Assembly (NCBI GenBank): GCA_963729625.1
Contig: CAVSOU010000007.1
Span: forward strand, 544,001-608,000
Source of the DNA: an uncultured bacterium
GTDB taxonomy: Bacteria > Chloroflexota > UBA5177 > JANWHV01
Direction: 5' to 3'
DNA length: 64,000 bases
Shown: one piece after another, positions 56,935 through 64,000 of the stretch
Numbering within the stretch: the first letter of the stretch is position 1
Layout: each line of letters starts with the position of its first letter
Position numbers and translations under genes: made by a program
The notes under the pieces: generated by a model
Databases searched by the model: none
What the model was told of the DNA's origin: nothing
What the model saw: only the letters and a program-made list of their open reading frames with translations

Positions 56935-58668
56935 ATGGCGACAGTCTACCGAACTCGCCCCGTGCACACCTTTCCGTGGCTCGACATCCACACAGGCTTC
57001 GATGCGCTTGCCGCCGACCTCGAGGCTCGGGTAGCAGGCGAGACTGCGGCGCCCCTCATCATTGTGGATGGCTTCGTCGGTATCCGCTGGGACGTTTTCG
57101 TCGCGGGGTTGCGGTCCGCCCTGGAAAGGCGCGGCGTGCGGGCGTCGTGGCGGTCCACGGACGCTTGCTTCCTGGAAGAAGACCGAATCGCATCGCTGCT
57201 GCACTCCGACCTGACGGACGACCCTTACTTCGGTCGCGTACACCGTGGGCACCTTGAAGAGCTTTGGGACGGCGACGCCGTCTCCAGGTTGCAGGAGACG
57301 ATCCAAGGCCGGGCCAGTCTGACAATTCTCTATGGTTTCGGCGCCTCGTTGATTGCTGTCGGCGATACGCACGTCTACGTCGACGTGCCGAAAGATCGCG
57401 GTCAGGAACTGGCGGCAAGTGGCGAAGTCACGAACGTCGGCGCCACCTCTCACACTGATTTTGGCGTGACGTACAAGCGGTTCTACGTGGTCGATTGGCC
57501 GATGTTGAACCGTGTAAAACGGGGCATGTTGCCGAGGCTCGACCTGTACATAGACGCGACCGATTCGGCCACGCCGGCCATCGTTTCAGGCGATCACTTC
57601 CGGCGCGCGCTGGCGGAACTGGCTCATCAACCCTTCCGGCTCAAGCCCTGGTTCACTCCTGGGCCCTGGGGCGGCCATTGGATGAAGGATCATTTCGACC
57701 TCCCGGACGGGCCGGCCAACTACGCATGGTCGTTTGAGATAATTGCACAGGAGAACGGTATCCTGCTAGGCGACGGTGCGCACGAGCTGGAGTGCTCCTT
57801 CGACTATCTGCTCTGGTCCCACACCGACGAGGTGATGGGCCCGACTATGGCAGCGCGATACGGCAGCTACTTTCCGCTGCGGTTCGACTACCTGGACACC
57901 GTTGGCGGCGGCAACCTCTCGCTGCAAGTTCACTCGAGCCCGGACTTCATGCGAGAGGAACACGGCGAGCCGATGTCCGAAGATGAGACATACTACATTC
58001 TCGACAGCAAGCCGGGAGCCAGAGTGTACCTGGGATTGCAAGATGACGTCGATGTGAAGCAGTTCCAGGCGGATGCCACGGCCGCCCGGGATCATGGCAT
58101 TCCATTTGATTACGATCGGCACGTCGCGAGCTTCCCGAGTGCTCCCCACGATCTGTTCCTCATCCCAAACGGGACGGTGCACGCCAGTGGCACGGATAAC
58201 CTGGTGCTCGAGATCAGCGCGGCGCCCTATATGCACACGTACAAGTTCTATGACTACCTGCGAAAGGATCTCCGGGGCCGTCTGCGCCACATGCATCTCG
58301 ATCAGGCATTCGCGAACCTGGACATCACGCGCACGAAGGCATGGGTCGCCGAGCACCTGATCCCACGACCGGTACTGATTCGGCAGGGATCCGGATGGGC
58401 TGAATACAGCATTGGGGACATCGACAAGCTGTTCTTCGCGATCACCCGTTTGGAATTCTCGGACACGGCCGAGGACCGCACGGACAACAAAGTTCTTGCG
58501 ATCAACCTGGTTGCGGGCGAATCCTGCGACATCATTGTTCCTGGCGCTGCTGCCGTCGAGCTGCGCTATGCCGAAAGCATGATCATTCCGGCGTGCGTCG
58601 GGGCCTTCACGGTGCGCAATACAGGGACGACCACGTGCAAGCTCGTCAAGCTGTTTGTCAAGGGGTAG
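56935..58668 (+). CDS. Class I mannose-6-phosphate isomerase-like cupin with N-terminal extension
   Basis: PGPWGG, FPLRFDYLD, LSLQVH, ETYY, IPNGTVHA, LEIS; AGGAG RBS before ATG 56935. Confidence 0.85.
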   Translation: MATVYRTRPVHTFPWLDIHTGFDALAADLEARVAGETAAPLIIVDGFVGIRWDVFVAGLRSALERRGVRASWRSTDACFLEEDRIASLLHSDLTDDPYFGRVHRGHLEELWDGDAVSRLQETIQGRASLTILYGFGASLIAVGDTHVYVDVPKDRGQELAASGEVTNVGATSHTDFGVTYKRFYVVDWPMLNRVKRGMLPRLDLYIDATDSATPAIVSGDHFRRALAELAHQPFRLKPWFTPGPWGGHWMKDHFDLPDGPANYAWSFEIIAQENGILLGDGAHELECSFDYLLWSHTDEVMGPTMAARYGSYFPLRFDYLDTVGGGNLSLQVHSSPDFMREEHGEPMSEDETYYILDSKPGARVYLGLQDDVDVKQFQADATAARDHGIPFDYDRHVASFPSAPHDLFLIPNGTVHASGTDNLVLEISAAPYMHTYKFYDYLRKDLRGRLRHMHLDQAFANLDITRTKAWVAEHLIPRPVLIRQGSGWAEYSIGDIDKLFFAITRLEFSDTAEDRTDNKVLAINLVAGESCDIIVPGAAAVELRYAESMIIPACVGAFTVRNTGTTTCKLVKLFVKG

Positions 58669-58714
58669 AGTGCGGACGGCAGTCCGCGACGTTCTTTTGA
58701 TGAGGGCGTGAAGC

Positions 58715-59626
58715 ATGGCGAAGATCCTGCGGCGAGAGGTCCTTGGCATCCTCTTCATCAGTCCGTGGCTGCTGGGCTTCGTGGCTTTCGGCCTGTATCC
58801 AGCCCTGATCTCGCTCTACTACAGCTTCACCAGATACAGCGGATTCGGCACGCCGGTGTTCACCGGGTGGACGAACCTCAACCTGATCATTAACGATCCG
58901 GTCTTCTGGAAGAGCGTAGGAAACACGCTCTATGTGGCAGGGTTGGGAGTGCCCCTGTCGCTGGTCCTCGGTCTTCTGATCGCTCTGCCGCTCAACGCGC
59001 GCATTCGTGGGCAGGCCGTGTACCGCACGATGGTCTACCTGCCGACAATCGTGCCTTCCGTGGTGATGGCACTCATCTGGCTCTGGATCTTTAACCCCGA
59101 CTACGGATTGTTGAACAGTATTCTGACCGGCCTGCACTTGCCGACCGGGAGCTGGCTGGCCTCGCCCGACCAATCGAAGATCGCACTCTTGATCATGGTC
59201 TTGTGGGGCATGACCGGGTCGGTCATGGTTATTACTCTGGCCGGGCTTCAGGATGTGCCCGAGACCCTGCTGGAGGCGGCAAAAATCGACGGCGCCAACG
59301 CTATCCGGCGATTCTGGCATGTGGTGCTGCCGGCGCTTGGCCCGGTAATCTTCTACAATCTGATTACCGGCGTGGTGTACTTCTTGCAGCTCTTCGACCA
59401 GGCCTACGTGGTTTCTTCCAGCAACGGCGCCGGCGGCACCACCGATCTCGGCGCACCGGTCCAGAGCACCTTGTTTTACTCGCTGTATACGTTTCAGCAA
59501 GCGTTCCAGTTCCAGCATATTGGCCGCGCCTCGGCAATGTCGTGGATGCTCCTTATCGTGACAGGCTTGCTGACCTTTGCGCTGTTCCGAGGCGCCAGGC
59601 GCTACCTGTACTACGAAGGGCTCTGA
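58715..59626 (+). CDS. Carbohydrate ABC permease
   Basis: LLEAAKIDGA loop. Confidence 0.92.
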   Translation: MAKILRREVLGILFISPWLLGFVAFGLYPALISLYYSFTRYSGFGTPVFTGWTNLNLIINDPVFWKSVGNTLYVAGLGVPLSLVLGLLIALPLNARIRGQAVYRTMVYLPTIVPSVVMALIWLWIFNPDYGLLNSILTGLHLPTGSWLASPDQSKIALLIMVLWGMTGSVMVITLAGLQDVPETLLEAAKIDGANAIRRFWHVVLPALGPVIFYNLITGVVYFLQLFDQAYVVSSSNGAGGTTDLGAPVQSTLFYSLYTFQQAFQFQHIGRASAMSWMLLIVTGLLTFALFRGARRYLYYEGL

Positions 59627-59629
59627 GCG

Positions 59630-60517
59630 GTGGCTGTTCTGCAAGACGTCCACGCGTCCACCGCGCGAACCTCGCCGCGCCGGCGACGCGCACTGCGAAA
59701 CGCCGCTCGCGCGGTGAGCATTCACGGGCTTCTGATCGTCGTGAGCCTGGTGTTTGTTGCTCCCTTCTTGTGGATGCTGTCGAGCTCACTGAAGAGCAAT
59801 CTCGACATCTTCCGGTTCCCGCCCCAGCTGATTCCCCAACCGGCCGTCTGGAGCAACTATCCCAATGCTCTCGACTACATCCCATTCTGGCGATACGCGT
59901 GGAACACGTTCGTGATCAGCGGCGCGTCCGTGGTCGGCACGCTGGTGTCGTGTCCCATCGCGGCCTACGGCTTCGCCCGATTGAAATGGCGGTTACGCGG
60001 GTTCTTCTTCGCGGTCTGCCTCACGACCTTGATGCTGCCGTTCCTGGCGACGATGGTGCCGCTCTTCGTGATCTTCCGACAGCTCAATATGATCAACACC
60101 TACTGGCCATTGATACTGCCGGCCTTCGGCGGCAGTCCCCTCTACATCTTCTTGCTGCGCCAGTTCTTCCTCGGTATCCCGCGTGAGCTGTCGGAGGCCG
60201 CCGTCATCGACGGTTGTTCGGAGCTGGGCATCTTCATGCGCGTCATCCTGCCGCTGTCGAAGCCCGTGCTCGCCACGGTGTCGCTCTTCACGTTTCTCGC
60301 CAACTGGCGCGACTTCCTTGCCCCGCTTATCTTCCTGCAGAGCAACGACCTCTACACACTGTCGTTGGGGTTGCAACAGTACCAGTCGCTGCACCAGACG
60401 GCCTGGGCGTATCTGATGGCAGCCAGCGTCGTGTTCATCCTGCCGGTGACGGTCGTATTCCTCCTGGCACAGCGGTTCTTCATCCAGGGCATCGCACTGA
60501 GCGGAATGAAGGTCTGA
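59630..60517 (+). CDS. Carbohydrate ABC permease
   Basis: ELSEAAVIDGC loop. Confidence 0.92.
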   Translation: MAVLQDVHASTARTSPRRRRALRNAARAVSIHGLLIVVSLVFVAPFLWMLSSSLKSNLDIFRFPPQLIPQPAVWSNYPNALDYIPFWRYAWNTFVISGASVVGTLVSCPIAAYGFARLKWRLRGFFFAVCLTTLMLPFLATMVPLFVIFRQLNMINTYWPLILPAFGGSPLYIFLLRQFFLGIPRELSEAAVIDGCSELGIFMRVILPLSKPVLATVSLFTFLANWRDFLAPLIFLQSNDLYTLSLGLQQYQSLHQTAWAYLMAASVVFILPVTVVFLLAQRFFIQGIALSGMKV

Positions 60518-60796
60518 CGACCCGCGAAACTGACGCTGCTCGCGGAGCGGAAGCCGACTCTCGGTATGTTGCCACTCTGTACTCCGCACTATGCGCTGAC
60601 AAGTGCGTGGCAGGTAGGCCGAGCTCAGCAGGCCGCCGTCTTCATCAGGCATAATAGTCAATAGACCAAGAAGATAGTTGCGAATCCCTGCGGACCGGCT
60701 ATAGTTGCGGTTGACCGCGCCAAATGATCCTGCTGCCGGCCGCTTGGCCGGTGCGTCGCCCGCCTCGCCGCAGCGCGCTGCGGAAAGTGGTGGTTC

Positions 60797-62413
60797 ATGG
60801 CAAGCCTTTCCTTGAGCAACTATTCGACCCTGCGAGCGCGCGCACAAGCCTGGCTGTCCGCCAATACGTGGATTGCGCCATGGCAACCCACCGCTCTGCG
60901 CCACCTGGCCGCCAGCTACATATGGGCGGTTGCCGCTATCGTGGTGTCTGCCGGAGCGACCTCCATTTTGGAGCACGCCCTCTCAACGTACAGTTTCCAC
61001 GGCATGGTGGGATTTCTGGCAATCCTGTGCGTGTCCATCACCTGGGGCCTGGGGCCGGCCCTGCTGGGCGCGGTCTGCAATGCGTTTGTGCTCAACTTTG
61101 TCGTGGAGATGCCCAAAGTTGCCACGACACACAGCAGTGTGTCGCACCTGGTGAGCTTTGTGCTCTCCATGGGCTTCGGGCTTGCCATCGGCGTGCTGGG
61201 CAATCTCGGAGAGGCGCGACGGCGGCAGCTGATCGGCGCGCACGCGGAGGCAGAGCGATTACATGTATCCGCGCAACACGCACAGGTGGAGGCTCGCGCC
61301 GAGCGCGATCACTTGCAAAAGATACTGAGTGTGCTACCGGAGGCCGTCCTCATCTATGACACTGAGATGCGGCTCACCTATATGAACCGCACCGCGGAAG
61401 CGTTGCTCGGCGCGAATCTGATGGGCCGAACGCGGAGAGAGATCGACCTGGCGGCCAGGCGGCTGGATGGGACGCCGCTTCCCTGGAGTGAGATACCATC
61501 GGTGCGCGCGCTTGAGAGGGGCGAGTCCTCGCAAGGACTGCAGATGCTCGTGCGCACTGCCGTTGGGGACATTCCTATCCTGACCAGCGCCGCGCCACTA
61601 CAGGATCCAGACGGGACGCCCACCGGCGTTGTGTCGGTGTTTCAGGACATCTCCGCGATCAGAAACCTCGAACAGCAGCGCGATCGCGTGCTTACCACGG
61701 TCACGCACGACCTCAGGAATCCGCTGACGAGCATCAGCGGTATGAGCCAGCTCTTGCAGCTTCGCATCAGCCAGGTAGAAGAGCCAGGGCGCGAGCGCTT
61801 TGCTCATTGCCTGAAGACGATCGAGGCGTCCGCGCAACGCATGACAGCACAGATTGGCGAGCTGCTCGACTACGCTCAAACACAGACTGGACGCTCGCCC
61901 GACCTCACACTCGAGCCTACCGACATCGTCAGCTTGTTGCAGCGAGTGCTTGGGGAACATCGGCACGCGACCGACCGGCATACGCTGGAGCTACGCACCA
62001 CGGAAGAGGCAATCGTGGCAGTCGTGGATCCGCTGCGTGTGGAGCGCGCTATCGCCAATCTCCTGGTCAATGCGATCAAGTACAGCCCGCAGGGAGGTCC
62101 TGTCGTCGTGGCCGTGGAGCGTGCCGTGGGACCCGAGGGCCACTGGCTGAGCATCGAGATCTCCGACAGCGGTCTCGGCATTCCCAGCGCCGATCTGCCG
62201 CACATTTTCGAGCAATACTATCGCGCCAGCAACGTGGCGTCCACGATTCCCGGCTCCGGCATCGGGCTGGCAGGTGTCCGACACATGATTCAGAAGCACG
62301 GTGGCACGGTGACCCTGGCAAGCAATGAGGGAATAGGAACGACGGTAACGGTTCGGCTCCCCATGCTTCAGAATGCCACTCGTCGGAGCGGCGACCGGCA
62401 ATCCAATTCGTAG
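60797..62413 (+). CDS. Membrane PAS sensor histidine kinase (DUF4118-like N-terminus)
   Basis: About 4 TM helices, PAS, H-box THDLRNPL, NAIKYS, DSGLGI, GSGIGL. Confidence 0.93.
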   Translation: MASLSLSNYSTLRARAQAWLSANTWIAPWQPTALRHLAASYIWAVAAIVVSAGATSILEHALSTYSFHGMVGFLAILCVSITWGLGPALLGAVCNAFVLNFVVEMPKVATTHSSVSHLVSFVLSMGFGLAIGVLGNLGEARRRQLIGAHAEAERLHVSAQHAQVEARAERDHLQKILSVLPEAVLIYDTEMRLTYMNRTAEALLGANLMGRTRREIDLAARRLDGTPLPWSEIPSVRALERGESSQGLQMLVRTAVGDIPILTSAAPLQDPDGTPTGVVSVFQDISAIRNLEQQRDRVLTTVTHDLRNPLTSISGMSQLLQLRISQVEEPGRERFAHCLKTIEASAQRMTAQIGELLDYAQTQTGRSPDLTLEPTDIVSLLQRVLGEHRHATDRHTLELRTTEEAIVAVVDPLRVERAIANLLVNAIKYSPQGGPVVVAVERAVGPEGHWLSIEISDSGLGIPSADLPHIFEQYYRASNVASTIPGSGIGLAGVRHMIQKHGGTVTLASNEGIGTTVTVRLPMLQNATRRSGDRQSNS

Positions 62414-62449
62414 GCCACCTGTCGTCATGGTTCGGGGCGCCTTCCGCAC

Positions 62450-63025
62450 TCAACTGGCGCCCTCGTACACGCTGAGCCTTGGACCAAGTGTGTCGATCAT
62501 GGCGTGCAGCTTTTCGTGTGTGCCTTTTCCCATAACCTCGTCCTCGAAGCGATCAAACGAGGTCACGATCGTCGCGTCCTCGGCCTCTCCGATGACTCTT
62601 CCAGCCTGGACGAGCACCCGTTCGTTCTCCACGTGGATGTGGTTCCTCAGAAATTCGGCATACGCGCGCCCAGCGGCGATCAGCGCAGGGGCGCTTGCCA
62701 GGCCGGCGGCAGCGTAGGACTGCCGCGCCGCGTTGTAGGCGTCTACGAGCGTCCCTCCTTCAAGGTGTTCGGCCTCGAGCGCCTCGATGGCCGGGAGCAG
62801 CTCCTTCGCGCGCCGCAACTTTGGGAAGAGCAGCTGCTCTTCCTTGCCGTGATGGCACTTTCCGACGAACAGACTGAAAAAGAGGTAGAGGTCGGCAAAG
62901 ATGCCGGCGTCGACTGCCACGCCGCGTTCGAGCGCACTCAGAGCGCCGTCCTGGAGGTCCAGTACGATCGCAATCGCATCGTGCTCGTGCATGAGAATGC
63001 CGCTGCTCGTTTCTTGACCCGCCAT
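62450..63025 (-). CDS. Hemerythrin (HHE) domain protein
   Basis: [22 protein letters not shown]; GGAGG RBS before ATG 63025. Confidence 0.88.
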   Translation of the reverse strand: MAGQETSSGILMHEHDAIAIVLDLQDGALSALERGVAVDAGIFADLYLFFSLFVGKCHHGKEEQLLFPKLRRAKELLPAIEALEAEHLEGGTLVDAYNAARQSYAAAGLASAPALIAAGRAYAEFLRNHIHVENERVLVQAGRVIGEAEDATIVTSFDRFEDEVMGKGTHEKLHAMIDTLGPRLSVYEGAS

Positions 63026-63193
63026 CTGTTTCTTCCTCCGCCGTCGATTTGTAGACTGGATGCCCACGTGCGCCATCGCTTCGAAGCCCCGCGCGGGCAG
63101 TGCTCGCCGTGGACTTTAGCCGCCGTCAATCACCGACCGACGAGCTGCCTTACTTTCGATGATCTCAGCGTAGATCCGGCACGAGTAGCAGGC

Positions 63194-63209
63194 GGTGACT
63201 TTGGTCACA
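63194..63209. promoter_or_regulatory. CRP/FNR-family binding site (hemerythrin side)
   Basis: GGTGA-ctttgg-TCACA; minus-strand TACGCT -10-like box at 63167-63172. Confidence 0.6.
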
Positions 63210-63469
63210 CGGCCGAGCGGTGCGCAGACCGCCGGCCGCGTCACACAGCGGCCAGAGCCCAAGGCCGGCCATCGGCCATCATACCGCAGCCCGCGGTCGT
63301 GTTTTCACCAGGCGGTCTGCATCCTTCCGAGCACCCTTGCCAGCCTGCTCACGTGAGTTTGGCAACAGGCTGGCAGGAAGCATTTAGCGCGAAAACAGGC
63401 GTCCAGCTGCGGCAAGAAGGCAGGGTTCTAAGTTCCTGGAAGGCGGAGTGTCGCGCGGTCGCGCCGCGT

Positions 63470-63485
63470 TGTGACACAGGTCACA
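63470..63485. promoter_or_regulatory. CRP/FNR-family binding site (narG side)
   Basis: Perfect TGTGA-cacagg-TCACA; CATAGT -10-like box at 63505-63510. Confidence 0.72.
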
Positions 63486-63658
63486 GACGGCGTCCGCGAG
63501 TCGGCATAGTGTGGATGCAGATTGGGGCCCTCGGCCATCGCATTGAGCAAGTCGTTGGGCCGGTCCCTAACCGCGGTCGCGGCGTCTTCGTCCTGCTCGC
63601 AGTCTTCGTGGTTGTCGCCTGCCTCATCGATCAGCTAATATTTCGCCAGGAGAGGTTC

Positions 63659-64000
63659 ATGGCGGCGAGATCCAGCCGGCATAGTCGTAGTGTTGACAGC
63701 AAGCCGCGACAGACGTCGACGTGGCTAAGCAGCAGCCGATTCTTTGAACGCGGCGAGCGCGCGCTCGACAAGTGGAACGAGCTGACGTCCGGAGGTCGCG
63801 AGTGGGAATCGTTCTATCGCCGGCGCTGGCAGCACGACAAGATCGTGCGGTCCACCCACGGAGTCAACTGCACCGGATCGTGCTCGTGGAAGATCTACGT
63901 CAAGGACGGGATCATCACCTGGGAGACACAGCAGACTGACTACCCCTCAAATGGGCCTGACGTACCGGAATATGAGCCGCGAGGCTGCCCGCGGGGCGCG
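63659..64000 (+). CDS. narG: Respiratory nitrate reductase alpha subunit, N-terminal part (NarG/NxrA family)
   Basis: Manual translation gives [50 protein letters not shown]...EPRGCPRGA; absent from the ORF track because it runs off the window. Confidence 0.93.
   Translation, partial: MAARSSRHSRSVDSKPRQTSTWLSSSRFFERGERALDKWNELTSGGREWESFYRRRWQHDKIVRSTHGVNCTGSCSWKIYVKDGIITWETQQTDYPSNGPDVPEYEPRGCPRGA

Noticed and set aside
60797-62413. Histidine kinase as a NarX/NarQ nitrate sensor
   Set aside because: It has a HisKA-type H-box with DUF4118/PAS input, no periplasmic P-box and no adjacent response regulator

Overview
A GC-rich (roughly 65%) bacterial chromosomal window. Gene content (F420-type LLM enzyme, Uma2 nuclease, PIN/TRAM-ispD, leaderless-style promoters) is compatible with a Chloroflexota-like soil bacterium, but this is inference only. 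Housekeeping and envelope genes: ispD (partial), PIN/TRAM, suhB, Ser/Thr kinase, M32 peptidase, pyrB, rsmI, moaD-moaE fusion, moeA, glpK, L,D-transpeptidase, CapA, LysM-SLT. There are three carbohydrate-uptake/catabolic loci: (i) ABC + M20 deacylase + LLM oxidoreductase + NagB-like, next to two URO-D/MtaA-family genes; (ii) a GH42/AraC/galacto-oligosaccharide ABC locus; (iii) a 15 kb divergent locus with a GH38-like enzyme whose active-site motifs are altered, two ABC systems, ROK, RpiR, SIS and a long PMI-like protein. Also present are a vapBC pair, an intact IS1380 inserted at the stop codon of a solo dynamin-like gene, and a hemerythrin/narG divergon with two CRP/FNR boxes. No CRISPR, rRNA or tRNA was seen. 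The best leads are the atypical GH38 locus with mirror-image promoters, the unexplained ABC-M20-LLM-NagB/URO-D pathway, a GIDE-domain gene bracketed by a 37-bp promoter-containing direct repeat, and a ~186-nt structured RNA candidate upstream of the PIN/TRAM gene. All functional calls come from motif recognition by eye, not database searches.
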